Source of the DNA: Alphaproteobacteria bacterium
GTDB lineage: Bacteria; Pseudomonadota; Alphaproteobacteria; UBA9219
Direction of reading: 5' to 3'
Assembly (NCBI GenBank): GCA_033763555.1
Contig: JANRKK010000008.1
Coordinates: forward strand, 29-64,028
Length of the DNA: 64,000 nucleotides
Part shown: piece after piece, positions 18,389-28,511 of the stretch
Position numbering within the stretch: position 1 is the first letter of the stretch
Layout: every line of letters starts with the position of its first letter
The notes under the pieces: generated by a model
What the model was told of the DNA's origin: nothing
The model's input: the letters and a program-made list of their open reading frames with translations, nothing else
Databases searched by the model: none
Translations under genes and position numbers: made by a program

Positions 18389-18463
18389 GAAAACTCCTGC
18401 TTTTTGGTACTCTTGGCGGAGAATCATGTCAAATCAAAGGCGCTTGAGCAGGTCGCATGACGC

Positions 18464-19303
18464 TTATTGGATTGCCAGAACAATACCGAGAACGGCGATT
18501 TCCACCACCTGCTGCAAGGTTCCCAACAAGGGGCCGTTATAGCCGCGCAGGTGATTGGCGCCGATCAGCGCCACGATCAACCCGGCAATAGCGCCTGTAA
18601 TCAGCGCGGTCAGCGCATCTTCGCCCAGCACGATAAAAGAAATCACCGTACCGAGGCCGAGCGCCAGAATAACGCGCAGGGCAGGCGGCTGCTGGAAATG
18701 ATCGGCGACCGGGTCGCCTTCGATCGGCCGCAGCCAGGCCGCCGCAACCACCATCAGCGCGCGCGACCAGCAGCAGGCGACGATCAGCGCTTGAAACACG
18801 ACCATGTTGCTGGCGAGGCTGGCGATCGCGCCGATTTTCATGATGATGACAAGAATGATGCCGAGCGTGCCGTAGCGCACCGAGCGTTCCTCGCGCAGCC
18901 AGCCTATTCTCTGGTCGCCATCCGCCGTACGGCCATATTGGTTGATGAGGCTGGCAAATTCTTCTTCATGCAGCGCGCGCGTCATCCACAGCATGCCGAT
19001 GACCGCGAAGGTCGCGGTGATGCTGCCCGGCATACGCATCTGCGTCATGATCCAGTCGATGCTGGCGCCCGCAAGGCCGATCAGCGCGCCGACCAGAGGA
19101 AACCAGCCCATCGCCTTGCGGATAAGGCGCGGTTTCAGCTCGCCGTGAAAAGGCAGATCGAAACGGGTGAGGTAGTTGAACGCGACCGACAATTCGGCCC
19201 AGAGATTTTCCGGCGAAGGCGGGCGGACGGTGACGGAAGGCGGCGGCTCCGGCACATGTCCCGGAGGTTTGTAAATGCCTTCATTTCTGTCATCTTCGCT
19301 CAT
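18464..19303 (-). CDS. cobS: CobS (cobalamin-5-phosphate synthase)-like membrane protein with degenerate motifs
   Basis: LTR, WFPLVGALIG, T.ALHE, WSR, G..G..LG..QQ..E scaffold; conserved Asp residues replaced. Confidence 0.7.
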   Translation of the reverse strand: MSEDDRNEGIYKPPGHVPEPPPSVTVRPPSPENLWAELSVAFNYLTRFDLPFHGELKPRLIRKAMGWFPLVGALIGLAGASIDWIMTQMRMPGSITATFAVIGMLWMTRALHEEEFASLINQYGRTADGDQRIGWLREERSVRYGTLGIILVIIMKIGAIASLASNMVVFQALIVACCWSRALMVVAAAWLRPIEGDPVADHFQQPPALRVILALGLGTVISFIVLGEDALTALITGAIAGLIVALIGANHLRGYNGPLLGTLQQVVEIAVLGIVLAIQ

Positions 19304-19549
19304 GAAACCTTTATAGGGGAGCGGTTTTCAAACAGCAATCTTAACCATAAAGCTTCATGAAACTTCACTTTTCACTTCATGCTGTTTCACTAGACCGATG
19401 ATATTGCGCAAACCGCTCCCGGATCGCCTGACCCTTAAAAAATGGCGGTTTTCCGCCGTTTGCGGATTGACAGGCCAAAAACGCGGCGCCTAGGATTGAT
19501 GCAGGGCTGACGGATTCGCACAGCCGCATTCCAACCGAAGGAGCCGCCC

Positions 19550-19870
19550 GTGAACAAGAATGAATTCATCGCCGCCATTTGCGACAACAAGGCTCTGCAG
19601 AAAATGGATTTGTCCAAGAGCTGCGTTGCGCAGGTTGTTGAGGCCTGCTTCAACACCATCGAGACCAGCCTGAAGCGCGGCGAGGAAGTCCGTCTGGTCG
19701 GCTTCGGCAATTTCTATGTCTCGAAGCGCAACGCCTCGAAGGGCCGCAACCCGCGCACGGGCGAAAGCATCCAGATCAAGGCTTCGCGCCAGCCGAAATT
19801 CCGCGCCGGAAAGCAGTTGAAGGAACAGGTCAACAGCAACTCTTCCTCAGGCGGCAGCGGACGGCGTTAA
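19550..19870 (+). CDS. hup: DNA-binding protein HU
   Basis: MNKNE, VRLVGFGNF, GRNPRTGE.I.I.A...PKFRAGK.LK; GTG start; TTGACA-N18-TAGGAT at 19467-19496. Confidence 0.95.
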   Translation: MNKNEFIAAICDNKALQKMDLSKSCVAQVVEACFNTIETSLKRGEEVRLVGFGNFYVSKRNASKGRNPRTGESIQIKASRQPKFRAGKQLKEQVNSNSSSGGSGRR

Positions 19871-19890
19871 GGTAAATTTTGTCCGGTATC

Positions 19891-19920
19891 AAAGGGCCAG
19901 CCTTGCCGCTGGCCCTTTTT
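19891..19920 (+). terminator. Intrinsic terminator after HU
   Basis: aaagggccagc-cttgcc-gctggcccttttt. Confidence 0.85.
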
Positions 19921-19980
19921 CTATGGAAAGCTGAAAAATCATAGAAAATCCGGGTTTTATCTGGTATCTGGATATTCGGC

Positions 19981-20055
19981 GGGCAGTTAGCTCAGCGGTA
20001 GAGCATCTCGTTTACACCGAGAGGGTCGGGGGTTCGATCCCCTCACTGCCTACCA
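19981..20055 (+). tRNA. tRNA-Val (anticodon UAC)
   Basis: GGGCAGTTAGCTCAGCGGTAGAGC..CTCG-TTTACAC-CGAG..GGTTCGATCC..ACCA. Confidence 0.97.
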
Positions 20056-20189
20056 GCCTTCGCAGGCATGGCACTGCGAAGGCTGCCGCATTTACTCCTG
20101 CCAATTCACCATTTCCCTTTAAAAACAACGGAACGTTGACATCAGGGGCCCGGATAGCCTAGTTGTTGCGGCCTTATGCCGCTTTTTAC

Positions 20190-20266
<77 letters not shown>

Positions 20267-20283
20267 CTTTCAAAATTTTTGGG

Positions 20284-21015
20284 TTATTGCCGCCCCTCAG
20301 CCGGAACGATTTCCAGCCGATAGCCCACGGCAGGTTCGGTGACGATGTAGCGCGGGAAGGACGGCTCGGCTTCCAGCTTGCGGCGCAGGGCGCCGATGCG
20401 TTTCTGCAGATCGCGCTGACGCTCATCACCGCCATCCGGCTTTCCCCACAAGGCGCGCTCGATGCGCCCGAAGGTCAATACGCGCCCGCCATGCTGCGCC
20501 AGCAGGCGCAGCAACGCATATTCCTCATCCTCCAGCGGAACTTTTTGGTCGTCGCGCGTCACTTCCGACGCCTGCAGCCGGATGCTGAGATTGCCTGTTT
20601 TGACGCTGCCCGCTTCGTTCCAGCCGGAACGGGCCGCCTGCTGCTGCAAGGCAGCGCGGACACGCTGCACAAGATCGCGCACAGCAAAAGGCTTGGTCAT
20701 GTAATCATCCGCCCCTTGTTCCAGTGCGGCTATTTTTTCGCTGTCCTCGGTGCGGCCAGATAAAATCAGGATTGGCATATCACTGGTGAGGCGGACATCG
20801 CACACCACCTGCTGCCCGTCGATATCGGGGAGACCAAGATCGAGGATCATCAGGCTCGGCTTCGCGGTATGCACCAGCGTGATGGCTTCTTCGGCGGTCG
20901 AAGCCTCCAGTACATTGAAACCTTCAGCCTGCAGCGAGAGGCGCAGAAATTTGCGTACATGCGGTTCATCATCAACGACAAGGATGCGCGGCACGGGCGG
21001 TGCGGATGGGGGCAT
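20284..21015 (-). CDS. OmpR-family response regulator, KdpE-like
   Basis: ILVVDDE, LDLGLPDIDG, GADDYMTKPF, LRRKLEAEPSFPRYIVTEPAVGYRL. Confidence 0.88.
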   Translation of the reverse strand: MPPSAPPVPRILVVDDEPHVRKFLRLSLQAEGFNVLEASTAEEAITLVHTAKPSLMILDLGLPDIDGQQVVCDVRLTSDMPILILSGRTEDSEKIAALEQGADDYMTKPFAVRDLVQRVRAALQQQAARSGWNEAGSVKTGNLSIRLQASEVTRDDQKVPLEDEEYALLRLLAQHGGRVLTFGRIERALWGKPDGGDERQRDLQKRIGALRRKLEAEPSFPRYIVTEPAVGYRLEIVPAEGRQ

Positions 21016-21106
21016 ATGGGAAGGGTAGCATAAAACAGGCAAAACCAAGAAACTTGCCTAAAGTCCCTTATTTTCATATGTCAGGCTGCATTAGACGAGA
21101 GGATAT

Positions 21107-22315
21107 ATGATTAACCATTTCGCCCTGACCGAGCGCCATATTCAGCACGGCCTAACCGACAAGGATTTCTCTGACTATGCAGGCGTTCCTGTCGTCAGCT
21201 TCCGACTTTCAGAGTTTCCGCACTGGCAGAAACTGGAGTGTGGCGACCACCTAACATATCCCGAAATCAAAGAAAGAGCCGATGCGATATTAAAAAGATT
21301 AAAAGAAGCAAATATGCCGCTTGAACACGAACGAATGGTATCTCTTGCAGCACAAAGCATCACAGTTACGTCGCCTACAACCACCCCTATTCATACGGAA
21401 ACAAATATTCCTAAAATTCCTTCGGAATACTTTGCTGCCATTCTTCAAAACGGCATCGTCGCTGCTATGAATTCTGAAGCGACACCTCCGGTGTGTCCAA
21501 CTTTTATTGACACAAGCACAGTCGTCAAAAAGGCACTCACAGCAAGTACGGCCTTAGTGTTACGCAACGCCTCGCGCGCCGAAGCTAAGAAAATCTGGGC
21601 AGATAATGCTAAGGTTTCAATGGAACCCGTGCATTCCTTTCCTGACGACGGCACATTAGATCTGTTTACTGATCTTCACGAAATGAGACATACAGCCCAA
21701 ACCGATCTGGTTCTGGATAATGCCGATGAAAATGTTTTGAGCTACTCCCAAGAACTGGATGCCGATTTATTTGCTGAAGCCGCAATGCAAGGGTTCGAGG
21801 CCGGCCGACAAACACTTCTTTTAATACGCCATGCACGGTATGTCGGGGCACTTTATAATCCCCCAACACATTTAACACGTCCTGCGATTGAATCACTTGA
21901 GAATGGAAAATATCCTCCCACCTTTCATGCCGTGGCAGGTTCCGTATGGGAAATTCGCCTTCGCCTTTTCATGGAAATGAGCGGTGAAGACCATAGAAAA
22001 ATTGATTCTTCCCGGTTTCAAAAAACATTCCGTATACTCTACCAAGACAAACGAAAATCTTCTGACCCCAATGTTATCGAGGCAGCTGCACATTGGGCAA
22101 CTGCCCAGAAGCCTGAAGCGATATTAACAACTTTATGGCGCCTGACAGGCGATCAGATACTCACTAATCCGTTATCTCACAAAATCGCAAGCTGCATTAT
22201 TGAAGGCGCAAAATTTTTTGACCCCACCTTGATCAACGACCCACATCCACAAAGTCAACCTCATAATGTGCAGACAGAGATGCGATCAGCGCTGCAAAAG
22301 CTAGCGCTATCCTAA
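21107..22315 (+). CDS. Orphan protein with HExxH zinc-metallopeptidase-like motif
   Basis: DLHEMRH followed by QELDADLFA; GAGGA RBS; AT-richer than flanks. Confidence 0.7.
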   Translation: MINHFALTERHIQHGLTDKDFSDYAGVPVVSFRLSEFPHWQKLECGDHLTYPEIKERADAILKRLKEANMPLEHERMVSLAAQSITVTSPTTTPIHTETNIPKIPSEYFAAILQNGIVAAMNSEATPPVCPTFIDTSTVVKKALTASTALVLRNASRAEAKKIWADNAKVSMEPVHSFPDDGTLDLFTDLHEMRHTAQTDLVLDNADENVLSYSQELDADLFAEAAMQGFEAGRQTLLLIRHARYVGALYNPPTHLTRPAIESLENGKYPPTFHAVAGSVWEIRLRLFMEMSGEDHRKIDSSRFQKTFRILYQDKRKSSDPNVIEAAAHWATAQKPEAILTTLWRLTGDQILTNPLSHKIASCIIEGAKFFDPTLINDPHPQSQPHNVQTEMRSALQKLALS

Positions 22316-23509
22316 TTGTTTGACCTGACCCTCCGCGAAACGCCGCGCTGCCTGGTCAGCGTCGTGCAGGGTCTCGAGATTGGAAAGCGCGGCGGGTTTC
22401 TGGCTGTTCAGCGTCGCTTCGTTGACGCGCTCGATATCGAGGAAACCGATGCGCTTGTCGAGGAAAGCCTGCACCGCGACTTCGTTGGCGGCGTTGAGCA
22501 TGGCGGGCGCGGTGCCGCCCTTCGCCATTGCTTCACGCGCAAAACGCAGCGCCGGGAATTTCACGGGATCGGGCTGCTCAAACGTTAGCTGGCCGATTTT
22601 GGCGAGATCAAGCTTCGCCGCGGGGGTTTTCATGCGCTGCGGCCATGCAAGACAGTAGCCGATGGGAATGCGCATGTCGGGCGTGCCCATCTGCGCCAGC
22701 ACCGAGCCGTCTTCATATTCCACCATGCTGTGGACGATGGATTGCGGGTGCATGATGACATCGATTTTTTCCGGCGGCATCTGGAACAGGAAATGCGCCT
22801 CAATCACCTCCAGCGCCTTGTTCATCAGCGTCGCGCTGTCGATGGAGATTTTGGCGCCCATCGCCCAGACGGGATGTTTCACCGCCTGCTCCGGCGTTAC
22901 CTTGGCCATATCCTCGCGCGAGGTGGTACGGAACGGCCCGCCGGAAGCGGTCAGGATCAGACGTGAGATGGCATCGCGCCGATCAAAATCGAACACCTGC
23001 CAGATGGCGTTATGTTCGCTGTCGACGGGCAGAAGCTGCGCGCCGCATTCGGCGACAAGTTTCATCATAAGGGGCCCGGCGCAGACCAGCGTTTCCTTAT
23101 TGGCAAACGCAATCACCGCGCCGCGTTTGGCTGCCGCCAGCGTGCCCGGCAGCCCCGCCGCGCCGACAATGGCCGACATGACCCAGTCGCTGTCGGCCTG
23201 CGCGGCTTCTTCCACGGCCTTGGCGCCTGCGGCGACGGCGATGTTGGTGCCCGCCAGCGCCTCTTTCAGAGCGGCATATTGGCTTTCATCAGCGATAACG
23301 GCGCGTTCAGCATTCAGCTGCCTCGCCTGCTCCGCCAGCAGTTTCACATTTTTCAGTGCCGTCAGCGCAACGACTTCATATTTCTCCGGCGCGCGCGCGA
23401 TGAGATCAATCGTCTGTGTACCGACCGAGCCGGTCGAGCCAAGAATAGTGACACGGCGTTTTTGCGACGCGGGTTTCGATTTTTTTGCCAGGGCCTGAAG
23501 TGCGTTCAT
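22307..23509 (-). CDS. dxr: 1-deoxy-D-xylulose-5-phosphate reductoisomerase
   Basis: ILGSTGSVG, ANKETLV, PVDSEH, TASGGPFR, MGAKISIDSATLMNKALE. Confidence 0.98.
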   Translation of the reverse strand: MNALQALAKKSKPASQKRRVTILGSTGSVGTQTIDLIARAPEKYEVVALTALKNVKLLAEQARQLNAERAVIADESQYAALKEALAGTNIAVAAGAKAVEEAAQADSDWVMSAIVGAAGLPGTLAAAKRGAVIAFANKETLVCAGPLMMKLVAECGAQLLPVDSEHNAIWQVFDFDRRDAISRLILTASGGPFRTTSREDMAKVTPEQAVKHPVWAMGAKISIDSATLMNKALEVIEAHFLFQMPPEKIDVIMHPQSIVHSMVEYEDGSVLAQMGTPDMRIPIGYCLAWPQRMKTPAAKLDLAKIGQLTFEQPDPVKFPALRFAREAMAKGGTAPAMLNAANEVAVQAFLDKRIGFLDIERVNEATLNSQKPAALSNLETLHDADQAARRFAEGQVKQLG

Positions 23510-23537
23510 GTCTGATACCTGTCTTCTGCCTTCCGAA

Positions 23538-24350
23538 TTACCACCATTGCATCTGTTCGCCGAGGGCAATCTGGAACATCACGAAAAACACTGCCGCGAA
23601 AACCAGCCCGTCAATCCGGTCGAGCACACCGCCATGACCGGGGATCAAACTTCCGCTGTCTTTCACTCCGGCACGGCGCTTGAAATAGGATTTGAAGAAA
23701 TCCCCACCCTGCGCCACTACGGCCATGATGATGGCAAGGCCAATTCCGATTTCCGGCCGCTGCGCGCCCAGGACAACCGCCGCAGCATAGCCAAACACCG
23801 CCGCCAGCGCCATGCCCCCGAACAGTCCCGCCCAGGTTTTGTTGGGACTGATGGCCGGGATAAGCTTGGGCCCGCCGATCAGCCGCCCGGCAATATAAGC
23901 ACCTGTATCCGTGCCCCACACCACCAGCAAAAGGTAATAGACCAGATCGCGGCCCCCCTGCATGTCATGCAGGGTTAAAAGCGCGAGACCGCTGCCGCCC
24001 ATATAAGGCAGGCCGAGCGCGACCCATCCGGCGCGGTCGACATGGTCCCGCGCCGACAGGAAAAAAAGTATCAGAGTCAGAACGGCGCCAAACATGACGC
24101 CGAAGGCGGGTGATTGCCCCAGATCGGCCAGCAGCGTCACCAGCAGCGCGGCATAAGCAAAACTTGTCACCACACGGCTGGCCCCGGGATCGACAAGGCG
24201 CAGCCATTCGTAAAGTCCGACGGCGGTCAGAGCCGTCACCGCCAGCGTAAAAACCCAGCCGCCGACATGCACCACCAGCAGCGCCAGCGGCACCATGACA
24301 AGGGCGGAGAGAATACGCTGACGGAAATTGGCGGATGTGAGGAAAGACAT
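23538..24350 (-). CDS. cdsA: Phosphatidate cytidylyltransferase
   Basis: ISPNKTW, GDFFKSYFKRRAGVKDSGSLIPGHGGVLDRIDG. Confidence 0.96.
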   Translation of the reverse strand: MSFLTSANFRQRILSALVMVPLALLVVHVGGWVFTLAVTALTAVGLYEWLRLVDPGASRVVTSFAYAALLVTLLADLGQSPAFGVMFGAVLTLILFFLSARDHVDRAGWVALGLPYMGGSGLALLTLHDMQGGRDLVYYLLLVVWGTDTGAYIAGRLIGGPKLIPAISPNKTWAGLFGGMALAAVFGYAAAVVLGAQRPEIGIGLAIIMAVVAQGGDFFKSYFKRRAGVKDSGSLIPGHGGVLDRIDGLVFAAVFFVMFQIALGEQMQWW

Positions 24351-24356
24351 TTTAAC

Positions 24357-25082
24357 CTAGAGCGCGCCCGTCGCACCGTAGCGCCGCTCGCGGCGCTGAT
24401 ACTCGGCGATGGCTTCGGCCAGATGCTCGCCAGAAAAATCCGGCCACAGCACATCCAGGAACACGAATTCGGCATAGGCCGACTGCCAGAGCAGAAAGTT
24501 GGAAATGCGTTTTTCGCCGCTGGTGCGTACGACCAGATCGGGGTCAGGCATGCCACCTGTGAAGAGGAAAGATTGCAGCACATGCTCGTCAATCGCCTCA
24601 GCCTGCAGCTGGCCGCGTTCGACCGCCTTGGCAAGACCCCGCGCCGCCGCCGTAATTTCCTGCCGCCCGCCATAGCTGAGCGCCAGAGTCAGCGTCAGCG
24701 CCTGGTTATCCTGTGTCAGCTCCTCGGCATGGTCGATCATTTCGATAATGTCGGTCGGAAGCGTACGGCGCTCGCCAATGATGCGGATGCGGATGCCCTC
24801 CTTATGCAATGTCGCCAGCTCGCTGCGCAGATAGAAGCGCAACAGCTGCATCAAATCCTCGATCTCGGCCATCGGGCGGCGCCAGTTTTCGGACGAGAAG
24901 CTGTAGAGCGTCAGATGGCTGATCGGCAAATCCTTCGCGGCCTTGAGCGTCCGCCGCACCGCCTCGATACCCGATTTATGCCCCATCACGCGCGGCAATC
25001 CGCGCCCAGCCGCCCAACGCCCATTGCCGTCCATGATAATGGCGATGTGGAGTTTGGATGGCGAGGCGGCAGCGTTACTCAT
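24357..25082 (-). CDS. uppS: Undecaprenyl diphosphate synthase
   Basis: [37 protein letters not shown]. Confidence 0.98.
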   Translation of the reverse strand: MSNAAASPSKLHIAIIMDGNGRWAAGRGLPRVMGHKSGIEAVRRTLKAAKDLPISHLTLYSFSSENWRRPMAEIEDLMQLLRFYLRSELATLHKEGIRIRIIGERRTLPTDIIEMIDHAEELTQDNQALTLTLALSYGGRQEITAAARGLAKAVERGQLQAEAIDEHVLQSFLFTGGMPDPDLVVRTSGEKRISNFLLWQSAYAEFVFLDVLWPDFSGEHLAEAIAEYQRRERRYGATGAL

Positions 25083-25615
25083 ACGTGCGAAATTTCTTTT
25101 TCCTTGTGCGCCAGCGTCTCATCAATTTTCTTGATGGTTTCATCGGTCAGCTTCTGTACCTTTTCACTTTGGGATTTCTGCGCGTCTTCCGGCAGCTTTT
25201 CCTTTTTCAAAGCATCCATCGCGTCACGGCGAACATTGCGCACCGCGATACGCGCGGATTCGGCATATTTTCCGGCGATTTTGGCGAGCTCGACGCGGCG
25301 TTCCTGACTCAGCTCCGGCACCGGAACGCGAATAAGCTGGCCGTCCGGCTGCGGATTAAGGCCAAGCCCGGCATCGCGGATGGCTTTTTCCACAGCCTTG
25401 ACGAGGCTCGCGTCCCAGACCTGTACCGTCAGCAGGCGCGCTTCGGGCACCGAGACGTTGCCAACCTGATTCAACGGCGTACTGCTGCCATAGGCATCGA
25501 CATGGACAGAGTCGAGCAGATTGGCCGAGGCGCGGCCCGTGCGCAGGCCGGAAAATTCCTTGCGCAGAGATTCAAAAGCGCCGTCCATGCGCTGCTTGGT
25601 CTGTTCGAGATTCAT
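25079..25615 (-). CDS. frr: Ribosome recycling factor
   Basis: [20 protein letters not shown]; conserved synteny. Confidence 0.98.
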   Translation of the reverse strand: MNLEQTKQRMDGAFESLRKEFSGLRTGRASANLLDSVHVDAYGSSTPLNQVGNVSVPEARLLTVQVWDASLVKAVEKAIRDAGLGLNPQPDGQLIRVPVPELSQERRVELAKIAGKYAESARIAVRNVRRDAMDALKKEKLPEDAQKSQSEKVQKLTDETIKKIDETLAHKEKEISHV

Positions 25616-25617
25616 GG

Positions 25618-26403
25618 CTAGTCCTTTTTATCGGTAATGATCGTGAATTTGCCTTTGCCCTGCATCACTTCGGCAAAAGCACTGTGCGTGAAGATGGAGA
25701 AGACGAGGATAGGGATTTTGCTCTGCCGCGCCAGCGATATGGCCGAGGTGTCCATCACCTGCAAATCCTGCGACAAGACGTCCATATAGCTGAGACGGTC
25801 ATAGCGCTTGGCATCCTTTACCTTGGTCGGATCGGCACTGTAAACGCCATCGACCTTGGTGGCCTTGAGCAGCGCGTCACACTGCATTTCTGAAGCACGC
25901 AGTGCGGCAGCAGAGTCGGTGGTGAAAAACGGATTGCCTGTTCCGGCGGCGAAAATCACGACGCGGCCTTTTTCCATGTGGCGCATGGCGCGGCGGCGGA
26001 TATAGGGCTCGCACACCGAGGACATCGGAATGGCCGACAGTACGCGCGTCGGCACACCGATTTTTTCCAGCGCATTCTGCATGGCAAGCGCGTTGATGAC
26101 CGTCGCCAGCATGCCCATGTAATCGGCCGTAGCGCGATCCATGCCCTGTGCCGCGCCGGAAACACCGCGGAAGATATTGCCGCCGCCGATGACGGCGCAG
26201 ACCTCAACGCCCATCGCCACGACTTCCTTGATTTCCTCAGCAACGCGGTCGACGGTTTCGGGCTCCAGCCCGTAATCGCGCTCACCCATCAGGGCTTCGC
26301 CCGAGAGCTTCAGCAGCACGCGCTTGTAGCGCGCCGCGGCATTCGCCGCCGTTTTCGCAGGAGGTGTCGCCATCTTCCGTTTCTCCGCCAGATTGTTTGC
26401 CAT
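25618..26403 (-). CDS. pyrH: UMP kinase
   Basis: [35 protein letters not shown]; GGAGG RBS before ATG 26403. Confidence 0.98.
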   Translation of the reverse strand: MANNLAEKRKMATPPAKTAANAAARYKRVLLKLSGEALMGERDYGLEPETVDRVAEEIKEVVAMGVEVCAVIGGGNIFRGVSGAAQGMDRATADYMGMLATVINALAMQNALEKIGVPTRVLSAIPMSSVCEPYIRRRAMRHMEKGRVVIFAAGTGNPFFTTDSAAALRASEMQCDALLKATKVDGVYSADPTKVKDAKRYDRLSYMDVLSQDLQVMDTSAISLARQSKIPILVFSIFTHSAFAEVMQGKGKFTIITDKKD

Positions 26404-26603
26404 AGGGGTTGCCTCCCGTCCATGCGCCGCAAAATCCGCCGCATTATAGCGGCCCCGCCGAGGAAAAACAGGGTTTAATCTCAAACGCTTGGGCGGTTAA
26501 TGAGGGGTTTGCAAGTAAATCCGATGCCGTTTGACTTTTGGGGCGGCGGAAATTGGGGTAGTATGGGGCGGTATTTTTGAAGGGATTTAGAGGAGTTATT
26601 AAG

Positions 26604-27071
26604 ATGGCAAAATTTTTATATATTGAAGATAGCGACAGCGTTCGCAATTCCGCAGTCTTTCTCATAGAGACAGTTTTTCCTAATGACACTTGTGTTACGG
26701 CAATTGATTACCATGACGCTACTCGAAAACTGGCTGATGAAGGCCCTTTCGATTTTATCGTTTCGGATTTTAAATATGCAGGCCGTAACGATACGGGCAT
26801 TAATAAACAGGGAGAAGGGTGTCTTGACCTTCTGGAAGACCTGCAAGGCAATCCACTGCAAGACCATTTTGTCATTTACTCGGGCACAGATAAGCCCACC
26901 ATAGTAGCGACCCTCTCTGCGCGAGGTATTTCTTTGGCAGAAGAACGGATTTTCGACAAGTTTGGCGGCGCTAGCATTGAAGACGCTATCAACTACGCTA
27001 TCAAAAACTTCACACCCGGCACACCCAGCGGTTCAACGCCAGGTTCGACGCCGCCAATGGCGACGCCTTAA
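26604..27071 (+). CDS. Stand-alone receiver (CheY-like) domain protein 1
   Basis: LYIEDS, FDFIVSD (phospho-Asp position), IYSG, IFDK; Pro/Thr-rich tail; AGGAG RBS. Confidence 0.75.
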   Translation: MAKFLYIEDSDSVRNSAVFLIETVFPNDTCVTAIDYHDATRKLADEGPFDFIVSDFKYAGRNDTGINKQGEGCLDLLEDLQGNPLQDHFVIYSGTDKPTIVATLSARGISLAEERIFDKFGGASIEDAINYAIKNFTPGTPSGSTPGSTPPMATP

Positions 27072-27097
27072 TTCGTCAGGCTTTAAGGAACACAAAA

Positions 27098-27568
27098 ATG
27101 CCGAAGATGCTGTATTGCGAAGATGATGCTCATCTCACAGATGCTATGAAGATTATAGCAGAGCTTGAATTTCCGGATGTGGAACTTGTTTTTGCTAAAA
27201 ACAGCGAAGAAGCTATCACGGCACTCGCTAATCAAGGATCCTTCGATTTCATTATTGCCGACTTTGGTTATCGTCATAAGGGGTGGCGTGAAGAACCGCG
27301 TTTCGTTCAAGCGAATTGCCTGAGTTTGCTTCGGTATATGAAGCAAGCGGGAATAACCACGCCTGTGATTATTCAGTCAGGCCAAATCAAATCTTTTATG
27401 CACGCAGTCTTGCAAGCTCAAGGATTTGAACTACCTCAAGAACTTATTTTTGAGAGAGACACCTTAATGACAGATATCGTCCAATATGCGATTGGCTGTT
27501 TTTGTCCTACCGCTTCAAACGGGAAGCCGTCTCCCAAACCGGAAAAGCCGGAGCCCAGTTTCTTCTAA
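27098..27568 (+). CDS. Stand-alone receiver domain protein 2 (conserved Lys replaced by Arg)
   Basis: LYCEDD, FDFIIAD, IQSG, IFER; Pro/Lys-rich tail; paralog of upstream gene. Confidence 0.72.
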   Translation: MPKMLYCEDDAHLTDAMKIIAELEFPDVELVFAKNSEEAITALANQGSFDFIIADFGYRHKGWREEPRFVQANCLSLLRYMKQAGITTPVIIQSGQIKSFMHAVLQAQGFELPQELIFERDTLMTDIVQYAIGCFCPTASNGKPSPKPEKPEPSFF

Positions 27569-27574
27569 AGCTTT

Positions 27575-28495
27575 TTAGCTCGCCATCTTGGCGACTTCGG
27601 CGGCGAAATCGTCGGCGACCTTCTCAATACCTTCGCCGAGCTGATAGCGCACAAAGCCAGCCAGTTTCACAGGCGCACCGAGTGTTTTGGACGCGTTCTC
27701 GATCACCTGCGCGATGCGCGTTTCGCCGTCGACGACATAGACCTGCTCCAGCAGCACAACATCTTCGTAATATTTACGGATGCGACCTTCGACCATCTTG
27801 GCGATCACTTCCGGCGGCTTGCCGCTGGCTTTCGCCTGTTCCGACAGAATATCGCGTTCGCGTTGCAGGGCTTTCGCATCGACATCGGCGATCGTCAGCG
27901 CTTCTGGCTTTGCCGCCGCCACATGCATGGCGATCTGTTTGCCCAGTTCCTGCAACTTTCCGGCATCCGCCGCGGATTCCAGCGCGACCAGCACGCCGAT
28001 CTTGCCGAGGTTCGGCGCCAGCGCATTATGCATATAGGTGGCGATGGTACCTTGCGGAACCGAAAGCTGCACGGCACGGCGGAGATTCATATTCTCACCG
28101 ATGGTGGCGACGAGGTTGGTCAGTGCATCCTGCACCGTGGCGCTGCCGGGATAGGGCTTGCCCTTCAGCGCTTCGGCATCCGCGCCTGTTTCGAGCGCGA
28201 TTTTTGCCGCCTGCAGGGCGAAAGCCTGAAACGCATCGTTGCGCGCGACGAAATCGGTTTCCGCGTTCACTTCGACCACAGCGGCCTTGGTACCGCCTGC
28301 GGCCACAGCAACCAGACCTTCGGCCGCGACGCGACCGGACTTCTTGGCGGCGGCCGACAGGCCCTTTTTGCGCAGCCAGTCCACAGCGGCTTCCATGTCG
28401 CCGTTGGTTTCGGCCAGCGCCTTTTTGCAATCCATCATGCCTGCGCCCGTTTTTTCGCGCAGGTCCTTGACCATGTTCGCCGTAATCTCAGCCAT
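27575..28495 (-). CDS. tsf: Elongation factor Ts
   Basis: [37 protein letters not shown]. Confidence 0.98.
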   Translation of the reverse strand: MAEITANMVKDLREKTGAGMMDCKKALAETNGDMEAAVDWLRKKGLSAAAKKSGRVAAEGLVAVAAGGTKAAVVEVNAETDFVARNDAFQAFALQAAKIALETGADAEALKGKPYPGSATVQDALTNLVATIGENMNLRRAVQLSVPQGTIATYMHNALAPNLGKIGVLVALESAADAGKLQELGKQIAMHVAAAKPEALTIADVDAKALQRERDILSEQAKASGKPPEVIAKMVEGRIRKYYEDVVLLEQVYVVDGETRIAQVIENASKTLGAPVKLAGFVRYQLGEGIEKVADDFAAEVAKMAS

Positions 28496-28511
28496 ATCTG
28501 TCTCCTAAAAG

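Noticed and set aside
19304-19440. Cobalamin riboswitch upstream of the cobS-like gene
   Set aside because: No GGGAA / GCCCCCGCAACTGT / B12-box elements on either strand
24114-25307. Long antisense ORFs (also 38314-39456, 40680-41849, 53349-54638, 56031-57086)
   Set aside because: Shadows of GC-rich, codon-biased genes on the opposite strand; no motifs
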